From: Mobula hypostoma
Lineage: Eukaryota
Length of the DNA stretch: 64,000 bases
NCBI RefSeq assembly: GCF_963921235.1
Contig: NC_086102.1
Coordinates: forward strand, 155,000,001 to 155,064,000
Reading direction: 5' to 3'
The position numbers and the translations under genes were made by a program. The number at the start of each line of letters is the position of its first letter. The stretch's first letter is position 1. The notes beneath the pieces are model-generated. The model ran no database searches. It was not told the DNA's origin and saw nothing but the letters and a program-made list of their open reading frames with translations. Shown in pieces: positions 38,901 through 52,200 of this stretch.

Positions 38901-39542
38901 TCATCATCATTGATCACTCAGAGAAGCCCTGAAGGGAAATGTCAATATGATTGTGTGGTGATCACTTTCTCCAACGGGGACAGGTAATGAAAACAGAACT
39001 TTGAAATCTCTGGATTTCAATTATGAACCATTGTTATGTACAGGCCTAATCACTGAATATATTCATAGAGCTCTGCAGCACAGAAACAGGCCACTTGGCC
39101 CATCTAATCTGTGCCAAGCTGTTCTATCTAGACTCATCAATCTGCACCTCAACCATAGCCCTCCACATTCCTTGCATCCCTACATATCCAAGCTGCTCTT
39201 AAATATTGAAATTAAGCCCACATCGACCACTTCCTCTGGCAGCTGATTCCACACTTGTACCACCGCCTGAGTGAAGAAAATCTTCCTCAGGTTCCTTTTA
39301 AATATTTCACCGTTCACCCTTAATCTATGTCTTACCCAACCCCAGTGGAAAAGCCATCTTGCATTAAACTTATCTATACTCCTCATTGTTTTGTGTAAGA
39401 AAATGACAAGATCCTTAAGGGCATTGATGAACAGAGGGATTCTGAAGTCCAGGTACTGTACATGTCTCCCGAGAAGTGGATACATAGTTTGATAAGGTGG
39501 TAAAGAAGACATACGGCTTGTTTGCCTTCATTGGTTGAGGCA

Positions 39543-39959
39543 ACACAAAATAATCATGCAGATGCTGGGGTCAAAGCAACACTCACAACACACTGGAGGA
39601 ACTCAGCAGGTCGGGCACCATCAGTGGAAAAGATCGGTCGACATTTTGGGCCAGAACCCTTCGTCAGGACTGTATGGGGAAGGGGCAGAGGCCCTATAAA
39701 GAAGGTGGGGGGAGGGTGGGAAGGAGAAGGCTGGTAGGTTCCAGGAGAAAAATCAGTAAGGGGAAAGATAAAGGGGAGGGGGAAGGGAGGCAGGGAGGTG
39801 ATAGGCAGGAAAGGTGAAGAAAGAATAGGGGAAAACACAGTGGATAGTAGAAGGAGGTGGAACCAAGAGGGAGGAGGTAGGCAGCTGGGAGAGGGGGCAG
39901 AGTGACATAGGGATAGGGGAAGGGAGGGGGAGGGAATTACTGGAAGTTGGAGAACTCTA
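39543..39959 (-). mobile_element. PLE 3' fragment (related subfamily) inserted in a CR1 remnant; decayed hammerhead at 39635-39672
   Basis: 11-bp TSD tggttgaggca at 39532-39542 and 39960-39970. Minus strand CAGTC CTGACGA AGGGTTCTGGCCC AAAATGTC GACCG. Confidence 0.75.
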
Positions 39960-41099
39960 TGGTTGAGGCACTGAGTTCCAAACCCAGAAAATTATGATAC
40001 AATATTACAAAATTCTGGTTAGGGCACAGTCAGAGTATTGCATTCAATCTGCTTACCTCATTATATGGATGTGCAAGTTTTGAAGAGGGTGCAGAGGTTT
40101 ACCAAAGGCTGTTTGCTTTAGGACAGCAGAGGCTAAGGGGACACTTGATAGAAGATCATAAAATTATGCAAGGCATAGATAAGAGTACACACCCAGTAAC
40201 TTTTTCACAGTTATAGCTAGGGCAGTTATTACCAAGGCCAGCATATAATGGAATCAAAGGTTATTGGGAGCAGGGAAGAAAATGAAGTGTGATGAATGAT
40301 CTTATTGAGTTATGGGACATGTTTGAGAAGCTATATGGCTTATTCTTCCTTCTGTTGGGAAGTTGCACATCCTTGTAATGAGGTGAGCAGATTGAATGCA
40401 ACATTCACAGGCAACAACATCCATAGCAACAGTGACTTAGATGAACCAATGACTGTTGGGCATTAAAATTACTTAACAATCATTAAACAAACATGTTATG
40501 CATGGAAAGATTCATTCAAGACTGAATATGAAATATCAAACCTCACTTAATATAAGCACATGAACATATTCTGTTATATTGTGGAGGAAGCCTTGGGCAA
40601 TATTACAGCAAAACGCTATAATTTTATGCTCTCTCTTCCATTTTTGGTACAAAAGCCATTTTGTAAACTTATGCAAGTTTTATACAGAAAATGGAAGAGA
40701 GAACATAAGATTATAGAGCTGAAACGAGTTATGGAGGGATTACAAATGCCCTATTAAAACCTGCCTTACCTTTTTACGGTGATTACCACTGTAATTTTAA
40801 AAATCTGTTTTCAACTTAGAATAATTTTAATTTTTTAAGTTTGTAATTTTGGTGTCAGCGAACAATTAATTTCCATATACCAATTACTGCTAAATTCCCT
40901 CTTCTGAACAAGGCCAGGCTTCTAGCAAACTAACATCTGTTGTCACACAGCAGCATACAAGCAACAGGATTTCATCCACATCAAACAAATAGCTAAGAAG
41001 AGTGGCTTCACTCCTTGCTGGGTCAATTATGCATGTCACGCCTGGAAGGGCAACATTAGGCATAGAATCAGTTTTAACACATTATTTATTTATTTGCTA

Positions 41100-41640
41100 A
41101 TTGGTTTATTATTGTCATATACAGTGAAAAGCCTCTCTTGCAGACTGTTCATGTAGATCAAGTGATTACACGATGCATTGAGCTAGAATAAGGTGAAACA
41201 ATAATAATGCAAGATAAAGTATAAAAGCTGCCAAAAAAGTGCAGTGCAGGTAAATTATAAAATGCAAGATCATAATGGTGCAGATTTTCAGGTCAACAGT
41301 CCATCCTATGAAAGAAGAGGTCTGTTCAAGAGTTTGATAACAGTGGGATGGAAGCTGTCCTTGAGCCTGGTGGGACATGCTTTCAGGCTTTTGTATCTTC
41401 TGCCTGATGGGAGAGGGGAGAAAAAAGAAGGTCCAGGATGGGTGGGGTCATGTGATTATGCTGGCCGCTTTACTGAGTCAGTGAGAAGTATAGACAGAGT
41501 CCATAGAGGGAAAGCTGGTTCCTGTGATGTACTGAGCTGTATCCACAACTTTCTGCAGTTTCTTGTGGTCATGGGCAGAACAGTTGCCATCATTCATCCA
41601 GATGGAGTGCTTTCTATGGTACATCGATAAAAATTGATAA
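41100..41640 (-). mobile_element. Rex1/Babar-like LINE 3' fragment
   Basis: ttgtatcttctgcctgatgggaga and gagctgtatccacaact segments resemble the other Rex1-type 3' ends; starts at a tttatt tail. Confidence 0.55.
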
Positions 41641-43040
41641 GCTTTGAAAAGAATTTCCGTGCTTTCATCAGAATTCTAAACAGGAAGCCACTAGTGATTT
41701 GATATATAGTGATTTTGGACTCCATTAAACCTTGCCTGGAAATACTCAGATTCTAAGTTTAAAGTTCAATCAAAAATTAAATGTTGTGTGAAAATAATGC
41801 ATGGAAATGCCTAAGTGCATGGATCATACAACAGTCCAGCACAGTAACAAGCCTTTCAACCCACCATGTCCGTACCAAGCATGATGCTAATCTAAACTGA
41901 TCTTCTCTGGCTGTATCTGGTCCATGTCCTTCTATTCCCTGCCTTTTCACATGACTGTCTAAATGCTCCTTAAGCATTACTATTAATCTGCTACCCGCTT
42001 CCCTGACACTTACTTAAAAAAAAACTTGCCTTGCACATCTCCTTCAAACTTACCCTCCCTGCGTTAAACTTATGCCTTCTTCTATTTGACATTTCTATCC
42101 TAGGGGGAAAAAATTGGAGGGTCTATTCTGTCTGTTCATCTCATAATTTTGTATTCTTCTATCAGGTTGTTCTCAGCCTCTGACAATGAAGAGTAAACAT
42201 GTTTGTCCAACCTCTCCTTACAGGAAACACTCCCTAATCCAGGCAACATTCTGATGAGTCTCCTTCAGACCCTCTCTTAAAGCCTCAACATCCCTTCTAT
42301 AGCGTGGCAACCAGGACCATACACAGTATTCTAATGTGGCTTTACTGAAGTTTTATGCTGCTACAACGTAAAACTTAGGGTGGTATGGTAGAGTACAGGG
42401 TTCAAGGTAGCATAGCGGTTAGTGCAATCGCATTATGGTTCCAGCGGGCATTGATTGATGTTTGATTCTGTGAGAATTGTGATGCTTTGTAACTTTAAAT
42501 CATTAAATTAATTCAATGGAAAACAAGATAGCTGGGAGATAAGACATGTACGTCAATTTTACTTTCAATGAGGCACACACTTATCATGTGGTAGTGTCAG
42601 GACGTATACAATTCACGTTTTTACACATAAACTATAATAAATTATTTAAACAAATAAAGAGTGCTTAATCAACAACATATATACAAGATTACTCAAATAT
42701 TACTGAAATATTAAATAAACAACACTACTCCCAGCTTAGCTATAAACTGCAACTCAATATAGAATGCATCTTAACTGACTGCATGCACATTAATGATACA
42801 ACTATTATACTGACATCCACAGCGTAGTAAATTTTAAATTGCTCCATCAGGCCTAAACATTTAATTGCTGCGGAAAATTTCTTACTCTTGTGGGATAACA
42901 TCCTTCCTGACAAAGGAGGTCACTCTGCTTGGCAGGTGAGACATGGCCATGAAAACAATCTCAGATCCTGGGGCCTCCTCTGTGGTGGTTGTAGGAGTCG
43001 ACTCTGGAACTGCAGGAAGTGGTTTTGATAGTTCTGGATA

Positions 43041-44045
43041 ACTTTCTTCTGCTTCCTTTTTCTTCCTCTAGTTTGTGTATCTTGATCTTGAGGAGGTATA
43101 TTTAGTTCTCTTATTAATCCTTCTTTTGCTTCTTTAATGATCTGATCTCTCCTCTTGGTTTTCTTATTCACAACTCTAAACTGATTAGAAAGGCTGGCTC
43201 TGTTTTATGAGTCAAACTGGACACACTGGAGGCTGTGGTAGAACAATGGACCCTATGGAAACTTCTAGAAATTCTGGACAATGTTTCTCACCCTCCGCAT
43301 GCTACCTTGGCTGAACAGAGGAGCACTTTTGGTAATAGTCTAAGACAACCGTGCTGCTTCAAAGAGCGCGAGATGAGATCATTCTTACCCTCGCTCATTA
43401 GGCTCCATAATGAGTCAATTTATAGCCGGGGATGTGATGACCGCCCTCCTGTTAGACTGTTTGTGGTAATTTATTTTTTTTATTCTTTCTACATCTCCTC
43501 TAATATTTATATTTGTGCACATGTAATGCTACTGTGACGCTGTAGTTGCCTTCGGGATCAATAAAGTATCTATCTATCCATCTACCTGATGAATCCTCTG
43601 TTTTTGTATCTCTATTGAATCCTTCTCCTTGGACTTACATTCATCCAGCCGGGCTTTGGACTTTGCACCTACTTTGACAAATAACTTTTCGTCTCCCACT
43701 TGAAGTTCATTCAATAACCTTAATGCACACAGAGAGGATTTAAGTTCTTTATACTCACAAAAGCCGAATGCTTGCAAATTTCTTGAAGCTCCTTGAGCTC
43801 TATTGCAGCTTAAAATAAAGCCACATTTTGCAAGTAACTGCCTGATTAGCATATCAAAGGTTTTCTCAGATATGTTACCTTATAAAACTGTTGTAATTGG
43901 ACCACTGCTTTCATCACTTTCACACTTCTTCTGAGCAGCATGGTCCTTTGTCTAACATGCTTTCCAAACAGAGTCACAGAGGTTGGCACCAATATGTTTG
44001 CCATCTGTTGGGCAAGGGTTCATAGTGTATACCATGGAGACAGTT
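43041..44045 (-). pseudogene. RBM25: Processed (intronless) RBM25 fragment covering the RRM and flanks, interrupted by a Rex1-like insertion at about 43178-43582
   Basis: SGPITTVL*GNISEKTFDMLIRQLLAKCGFILSCNRAQGASRNLQAFGFCEYKE...LQVGDEKLFVKV and, beyond the insertion, KTKRRDQIIKEAKEGLIRELNIPPQ. These match my recollection of vertebrate RBM25 (GPTTTVFVGNISEKASDMLIRQLLAKCG...; ETKRRDQMIKGAIEVLIRE). Contains a stop and frameshifts. Confidence 0.9.
43178..43582 (+). mobile_element. Rex1/Babar-like LINE 3' fragment
   Basis: ILDNVSHPPHATLAEQRSTF...RSFLPS; gggatcaataaagta(tcta)n tail. Same family as the 14497-14940 insert. Confidence 0.75.
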
Positions 44046-45810
44046 GTGGCATCACCTAGTACCTTTCTTAATCTGCCTTCAGCTGACTGTTGTATGGGAA
44101 GTGACATGCAGATGGTGTATGGGTGTCCCGTTAAGCTGTAGTTGTCTCAGCCATTCATGCCTCCACAATACAGGCCCTCCTGTTTTTACCACATACAAGC
44201 CCATGTGGCTTATTGCTTGTTGCATTTCACTGTTACTAATGTCATTCCCACAAGAGTTATCTTTTCTCTCGTGTAAGTTCTTAGTTGGATATCTGCAGCC
44301 TTCAGTTGAGTATCTTTTGAAATGCCTCTCAAACTCATTTTGTGGAATTACTGAAACAGCTGTGCCAGTGTCAAATTCTATTTTAATTAATTTGCCGTTC
44401 AACTCTGGTGTAACTCATATTGCTTGTCTATTATTAGTTTTCACATTGTAAATCTCAAGGCTATGCAGTCCTGCGTCACTCTCATCATTATCAGATTTTT
44501 CATCATCAACATACAGATTAATACTCTTTTTGAAACTGCAATTTAACTTTTATTTTTTTATCTTTCCTGTGCAGTCATTTACTCTTGTCTGCTCGACATG
44601 CTGTTTGTATGTGTCTTACTTTGTTGTATTTTCTGCAAGTTTTACCCTTAAACCTGCATTAGTCTGGTGTACGTGAGCCCATGCCACAACTGTAACAAAA
44701 TTTATGTGGCCAGGCTAGTTTCTGATCAGACATTGCAATTTTGTTCACACACACGTTTGTTTCTGACTGCAACTCAGTTGTGTCTCTGGCTGCTGTTTCC
44801 ATTAACAAAGCTATTTCAACTGCTCTGTTTTTTTCAATGTAAGTTGTACTTCAGTTAGCAGCCATTCTTGAATGCTTTTTGTAAGATTCCACAAACGAAA
44901 CAATCTCTCTTTGCAACATTAAGCTCATTACTGAACTGACAATGCTTAGGCAGCTACTTCAATTCACCAATGTGTGTTGAAATGGAATCCCTTTCCTTTA
45001 TGAAATCTAAAGTGTTCTGCAATCAGCAATGGTTTTGGTTCTAAGTGATCCTACATTATTTTCACGATATCAGCAAAGCTAATTTCAGCTGCTTTAGTTG
45101 GGGCAGTCAAACTTCAAAACAGACTATGCCTTTAAACCCAATGTACTCATCAAAATTGGTACTTGTTTCTCATTAGCTATTTCATTTGCTTTAAAATATT
45201 GCTTAATCTGTTCAGTATACAAAATCCAGTTATCTTTTATTTATTCAAACACATCAATATTTCCGATGTAGCTAGTCATTCCTGCTCTTACTTTTATGTA
45301 TGGTTATTATTGCCAGTACTCACCATTTATGAATCCATGAATTCTTCAGTTTTCTGCTGTTTTTTTTAATTCAATTGTTTGTCTCTCTCTCTTCTGAAGA
45401 CATGCGCTGTGTCACTTTTTTTAAACTTGAATGTCTTGCTGCACTTCCATGGTTATATAGTCATCTCAGGTTTGTTTTAAAAATACCTCATTGTCACTGC
45501 TATGTTTTGTAACTTCAAAGCATTAAACTAGTTCAAAGGAAAACAGGAGAGCCGGGAGATAAGCTGTGCACTTCAGATCATACTTTAAATGAGGCATGCG
45601 CTTGTCATGTGGTAGTGTCATGACATATACATTTCACGTATTTTTACATATAACCAGTAAGGAATTATTTAAACAAATAAAGAATACTTAATCAACAACA
45701 TATTTACAAGATTACTCACATGTTACTGAAGTATTAAATGCACAACAAGGATTTTGTACATTCTTCCTGTGACCATCTGAGTTTCCTCCAGGTGCTCTGG
45801 TTTCTTTCCT

Positions 45811-46085
45811 CCATTGAAATAAAACTTGAGGAAAAGAATTTTAATAAAGGTGAAGGTCTTGCTCTAAGTAAGAACTGGAATTCAATTGGAAGCAAGGTGG
45901 GAGAGCAGAAACCTGACTGGATGAGATCTAAACAATCAGGAAGAATGGACTGTGGGTGTACAAATACCACCAGACTAGACATGCCCAGGCATCATCTCTG
46001 ATGAAGATGGCAGAGTTTATCATCAGAAAGTTGGTTAAAATTGATATCTGTATGCGACTGGAAGCCTGAGAAGAGTTTATTTGTC
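45811..46085 (+). mobile_element. 3' end of a second Penelope-like lineage (Poseidon/Penelope-type) with a decayed hammerhead at about 45993-46036
   Basis: IEIKLEEKNFNKGEGLALSKNW resembles the EAIEI...NFNRDEG..LS..W end of PLE GIY-YIG domains. Downstream: CTGATGA AGATGG cagagttta TCATC AGAAAGTT. Confidence 0.6.
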
Positions 46086-46104
46086 ACATATACCGGTAAA
46101 ACAT

Positions 46105-48530
46105 TAGATGCTTTTTCAAGGGAAGTCAAAGCCAACATAAAAGCCAAGGAGAGGGCATATAATACAGCAAAAATTAGTGGGAAGTCAGAGGATTGGGAAG
46201 CTTTTAAAAACCAACAGACGGCAACTGAAAAAGTCATTAAGAAGGTAAAAATGGAATATGAAAGTAAGCTAACTAATAATATTAAAGAGGATACCAAAAG
46301 TTTCTTCAGATACATAAAGTGTAAAAGAGAGGTGAGAGTGGATATCAGACCACCAGAAAATGATTTAGGAGAGGTAGTAAATGGGGACAAGGAAATGGCA
46401 GATGAATTGAATAAGTATTTTTCATCAGACTTCACTGAGGAAGACACTAGTAGTATGGTGGAAGTTACAGGTGTCAGGGCTCATGAAGTGTGTGGTTACC
46501 ATTATTAGGGAGAAGGTTCTTGGAAAACTGAAAGGTCTGAAGGTAGATAAGTCACAAGATCACAAGATCACAAGACAAAGGAGCAGAAGTAGGCCATTCG
46601 GCCCATTGAGTCTGCTCCGCAGCTCCCCCATGAGCTAAACTATTCATCCATCTAGTTCCAATTTACGGCTCTTTTCCCATATCCCTTGATACCCTGACTA
46701 ATTAGATACCTGTCAATCTCCTCCTTAAACACCCTCAATGATCTGGCCTTCACAGCTGTATGTGGCAACGAATAGCACAAATCCACGACCCTCTAGCTAG
46801 AAAATTTCTCCTCATCTCTGTTTTAACTGGATACCCTCTAATTCTAAGACTATGGCCTCTTGTCCTGGACTCACCCACCAAGGGAAACAACCTTTCCACA
46901 TCTACTCTGTCCAACCCTTTCAACATTTGAAATGTTTCTATGAGATCCCCTGTGGTCTAGTCACTGGTTTTGTCACCTGGACCAGATGGTGTACATCCCA
47001 GTGTTCTGAAAGATGTGGCAGAAGAGATCATGGAGACATTAGAAATGAACTTTCAAGTATCTCTAGATTCTGGGATGGTTCTGGAAGACTGGAAAATTGT
47101 AAATGCCACTCCACTCTTCAAGAAGGGAGAGAGGCAAAATAAAGGAAACTATAGGCCAGTTAGTCTGACCTCAGTGGTTGAGATGATATTGGAGTCGATT
47201 GTTAAAGTTGACGTTTTGAGGTACTTAGAGACACATAATAAAATAGACTATAATTGGCATGGTTTCGGCAAGGAAAAATCTTGCCTGACAAATCTGTTGG
47301 GATTCTTTGAAGAGGATAAACAAAGGAGAATTGGTTGATGTTGTGTACTTGGATTTTCAGAAGGCCTTTGACAAGGTGCCACACATGAGGTTGATTAACA
47401 AGCTACAAGCCCAAGGTATTACAGGAAATATTCTAGCATGGATAAAACAGTGGCTGATTTGCAGGAAGCAAAGAGTGGGTATAAAGGGTGCCTTTGCTAG
47501 ATGGCTGCCAGTGACAAGTAGTATTCCACAGGGGTCGGTGTTACGACCGTTTCTTTTTACGTTATATGTTAATGATTTGAATGATGGAATTGAAGGCTTT
47601 GTTGCAAAGTTTTCAGATGGTACCATGATAGGTGGAGAGGCAGGTAGTTTTGAGGAAGTTGAGAGACTTCAGAGGATCTAGACAGATTAGAAGAATGGGC
47701 AAAAACTGGCAAATGGGTCACAGTGTCGGTAAGTGTTTGGTCATGCACTTTGGTAGAAGATATGAAAGGGTTGACTATTTTCTAAATGGAAAGAAAATAC
47801 AAAAAAACTGAGGCACAAAGGGACTTGAGAGTCCTTATGCAGGATTCCCTAAAGGTTAATTTGCAGGTTGAATCTGTGGTGAGGTAGGCAAATGTGATGT
47901 TAGCATTCATTTCAAGAGGACTAGAATATGAAAGCAAGATGTAATGTTGAGACTTTATAAGTCACAGGTGAGGCCTCACATGGAGTACTGTGAGCTGTTT
48001 TGGGCCCCTTATTTTTGAAAAGATGTGCTGAAACTGGAGATGGTTCTAAGGGGCTTCCCGAAAATAATTCCAGGTTTGAACAACTTGTCATATGAGGAGT
48101 GTTTGATGGCTCTGGGACTTTATTCACTGAATGAGGGGTGACCTCATTGAACCCTATTGAATGGTGAATGGCCTTGATAGAGTGGATGTTGAGAGGATGT
48201 TTTCTATACTGGGAGAATCTAAAACCAGAGGACACGATCTCAAAATAGAGCAGCTTCCTTTTAGAATGGAATAGAGGAGGAATTTCTTTAGTCAGAGAGT
48301 GGTGAATCTGTGGAATTCATTGCCACAGGCAGCAGTGGAGGCCAAGTCATTGGGTATATTTAAGGGAAAGGTTCATAAATTCTTTATTGGTCAGGGTACG
48401 AAGGGGTACAGGGAGAAAGCAGGAAATTGGGGCGAAGAGGGAAAATGGATCAGCAATGATGAAATGATGGAGCAGACTTGATGGGCCAAATAGCCTAATT
48501 CTGCTCCTATTGCTGACGGTCTTATGGTCA
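46105..48530 (+). mobile_element. CR1 LINE ORF2 fragment to the 3' end, with an antisense CR1 3' fragment nested at about 46556-46950
   Basis: [32 protein letters not shown] and PQGSVL motifs; the nested copy has a (cacaagat)n tail. Confidence 0.88.
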
Positions 48531-48840
48531 TATTCCAACACTGCCTTGCCTGGAAAAACTTGTTTTTCCCTTTATAAGCCTGGATTTAATTAGTCCAATG
48601 CTTTCTTAATTGGATTCTCTCAATTGGCCTTTATTACAAGGAGAATGCCATATTTCTTATAACATATTAGGGGGACAATTCACCTCACCAAGTTCAGGTC
48701 CTTCATCACTCATCCACTAATTATCCAAATAGATTGCTAGCACAAACTAGCATATAATTTGCACATACGAACAGATAGGAATAGGTCCAATTTCTTGACA
48801 TTGATTTTGTTCTTTTTCTTGGTTTAACTTCTAATGATAA

Positions 48841-49280
48841 ACCTCCAAGTGGACCACAATCTTGTTATGGTTTGGAGACTTGCATACTTAAAAAGAGCTG
48901 GAGAGCTATGTTGGCTGGAGTCAGGGTTTTATGCTTTGGCTCTTGATAGAGTCATGCCAAACAGGTCAAAGGGTAGAGGGCAGACTAAGAGTGGTCTACT
49001 GGTCCTTCAGGTTCGGGAGTTCAGCTCAGGGCTAACAACCTTGAGTGCTAAAGCAAAATTGCTGCAGAAACAGCAGTGAAGAATTCTAAATCTGAGTGCA
49101 ATGGTATTCCTGAGTCTCCAGCTGGGACTTGTGTGACTGACAGTGGTGAAAACCGAGTGGAAGCTACTGAAATAATGAAGGAAGCCCAGACTGCACCAGA
49201 GATGGAGAACCATCTCCATCTCCATAAATGCCAGCGGCCTAACAGGCAGGAAGTAAATAAGTTTTAGTTGTGAAGGCAAG
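48841..49280 (+). mobile_element. RTE-clade (Expander/BovB-like) 5'-end-derived element
   Basis: ggaccac...gagctatgtt...gccaaacaggtc...cagactaagagtggtc...gggctaacaacc resembles RTE 5' UTRs as I recall them. Confidence 0.5.
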
Positions 49281-52200
49281 AATCAACGGAAGCTGAAATA
49301 ATTTATGTAACAGTGGTACTTATTGAAATTGTGTAACATGTGGCATAATGGAATGGACGTGTAGTCTGCATGAGAAGACAGGTCCTTAATTTGAAGAACA
49401 CTTTTTTTTAAAGGAGATACATTTTCAAACATCCTATCTGACATCTTGAGGAGACAGTACATTGAAATCCATTAGAAGTGATTAGACAAATAGTCACCCA
49501 GTGTGCAACGTCCTTGAGGCTGCTATTTGTGTAAAATAGACCTTACCAGAGGACAATGGAAATCAATTTATAACTGCTGTCATCATGACTTACCCAAAGA
49601 TAACTTGACTTTTCTGTGCTCAAGACCATTTTGCTCTATAAAGGGAGGGAATATCGAATGCTCCCTCCCCTCCCCTCCCTCTATAAAGCTATACAGATTC
49701 GTTTTAAAACTGAGGCTAAACTTAAGGCATAAAGTATGTTCACATCAGATATTAATAAGATGCAGCTTTCATTTAAACACATTCACTGATTCATTCAAGA
49801 TTTGAAAATTAATGATTTGGAGATAGCATACATAGACGGTATTCTTAAGTGCAAGTTTTCAGCATGCAGACCAGCCCAACAAATTCTTTCAGTTTTTTTG
49901 GAATCTAATGGTTGATTTTCTGATCTCATATGCAAGGAATTTGCAGGTATTTCCACCCTATGCACAATCGTGCACATTTTATGTTAATGACTATCACAGA
50001 TGTCTGTACAATAATGTTTTGTGCCCTCTCCTGCACAGCCCCGCCTTGTCATTAGCTTATTTCTGTTTACAGAAATAATACACCATTGTATGAAATCCCT
50101 TGAGTCAATATATATAATCCTTTAATCTAGTAAAACTGGTGCACAACAAAACCAGCACAGTAAGTGCAAAAGATTTCACAAAAGTATACAAAGACTATTC
50201 TGCTAGGATTTTTAATAGGCCTGTTATCATATACACTACAGAATATTAACAGTATTGAAACCTATCACTATTAATACATCAGATTGATCATTCAACAGTA
50301 TAACTTGTCCAGGAGCTTTTCATGACACTGCAGCATCTCTTTCTGTGTCGATTCCAATCTCAGTGTTCTGAGGTCAGGCTTGCTCCCACAAGACAGTACT
50401 GCCTTACCTCAAAAGGTTTAGAGCGTATATATTGGATACAGCAAGAAAGCAAACATGGTCACCAGCAGGTGGTGGCCAAGTCTATGACTGTGGAGGTATC
50501 ACGCATTTGGAGTGTCTAGCAGGAAGAGTTTTGGGCAGTTTTAGTGGTGGAGGTGAAGACTTCTGGAGTGTGTATTGCAGAGAAGATTGCCGTCTGTGTT
50601 TCAGGAAATAATTGGCATGTGCGTTTGAAAAGATTATTATCTAAGTGAACTGATGGTGCAGATGAGTAGACTAAAGAGAAATTCAGGTGTTATTGTGTAT
50701 GTATCACAAAAAATCAGCAGGCAGGTGCAGCAAATTGTTAGGTTGACAAATTGCAAGGGGATTAGGAACAAAGAAGTATTGCGACAACTGTGGAGGGTAC
50801 GGGTGAGACCACACCTCAGGTTTGTGTAGTTCTGTTTTCCTTTTAAGAGAAGGGAATCATTTGTCCTCCAATTTTGCTTTGATGAGGCAGTGAATTTTCT
50901 ATTAACAAAATAAGCACTATTTCATAATTTGTTTTACAAAGTCATGCTGGCATGCTGGCCATGTATTTGATTTTGGGTTCTACCTTTTGTCTTCTCTTCA
51001 TTGGACAGACTTCTGTAGTTGCGTAGTGGAGAGTGTACTAATAGCCTGGTGCTGGAACACCAATGCCCAGGAATGGAAAAGTCTGTAGAAAGTGCTGGAT
51101 ACAGCCCAATCCATCACAGGCAAAGCCCTTCCCACCATTGAGCAGATTTACATGCAGCACAACCACATGAAAGCAGATACATCATCAACGGTTCCCACCA
51201 TCCAAGCCATGCTCTCTTCTTGTTACTACAATCATGCAGGAGGTAGAGGTCCCACATCACCAGGTTCAGCAGCAGTCATTAAACTACATAGATCAGGCTC
51301 ATGAACTAGCATGGATAATTTAACTCACCACAACTCCCAAATGATTTCACAGCCTGCAGACATATTCTCAAGGACACCATAACTCATGTCCTCATTGTTA
51401 TTTATTTTTTATTTGCACAATCTGTCTTCTTTTGCAGTTTTTCATAAATTCTATTGTATTTTTTAATTTTCCTGTAAATGCCTGTAAGCAAAAAATCTCA
51501 AGGTGGTATATGATAACATATACATACTTCGACAATAAAATTACTTTGACTTTGACTTCTAAACAGAGAAACCTCAGACTGCTTCAGTCCTCCTGCACCA
51601 CACATCTCCTGACATTCTGGTTTAAGTGCTTGATAAAAGGAGTCTAGACTCACTTAAGAAGCGGAGAATGTTCAAACTATCAGAGGGCAATTTACATATT
51701 CACGGTTCAGGGAGAATCAATGCCTTCGTGAGAGGATTGGTTAAGGATAAACTGGAAGATAAAACAATATATTTTAAGTCATCAAATTAATTCAACTTAA
51801 TGTTGAGTTAGTTTACTCTTATGTATGTTACCAGGGCAACAATGATCAGATTTGCCATAAGCTTCTGCATTCACTGTAACACATTTGGATCGATCTCCAG
51901 TCTCTGCTTTATATTCTGCTGAATAAAGCAAGTTGCAGGTGATTCCTAAGGGTCATTTTGCTTTGAGCTATTGTGTAACACCCCACTTCCCTTCCATGCC
52001 CCATTCCAGAGAAGGTTCATTTGTAAACAGAGCAAGCTACTTAACCCACAATGTGCATTTTAATCTATTGTAAATTAAGAACATTTAAAGATAATCTGAA
52101 CAGGGATTGTTTTGTATACAATTTCTTAGCTTTGACGCATATTTGCAAAAGTCTACACAAGTGACATTTTGCACATGATCTTATATTATTTCTGGCAAAC

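Larger units (their letters stand above)
42478..45747 (-). mobile_element. Gypsy-like LTR retrotransposon, internally deleted, carrying an RBM25 fragment
   Basis: Direct LTRs at 42478-42724 and 45498-45747 with TG...CA ends; 5-bp TSD agaat/aggat. Aspartic protease IEFDTGTAVSVIP and a decayed Gag zinc knuckle near 44600-44700. The insertion splits a SINE. Confidence 0.88.

Noticed and set aside
42920-43852. A functional RBM25 paralogue or RBM25-Gypsy fusion protein
   Set aside because: There is an in-frame stop in the RRM start, there are frameshifts, and a LINE insertion splits the sequence.
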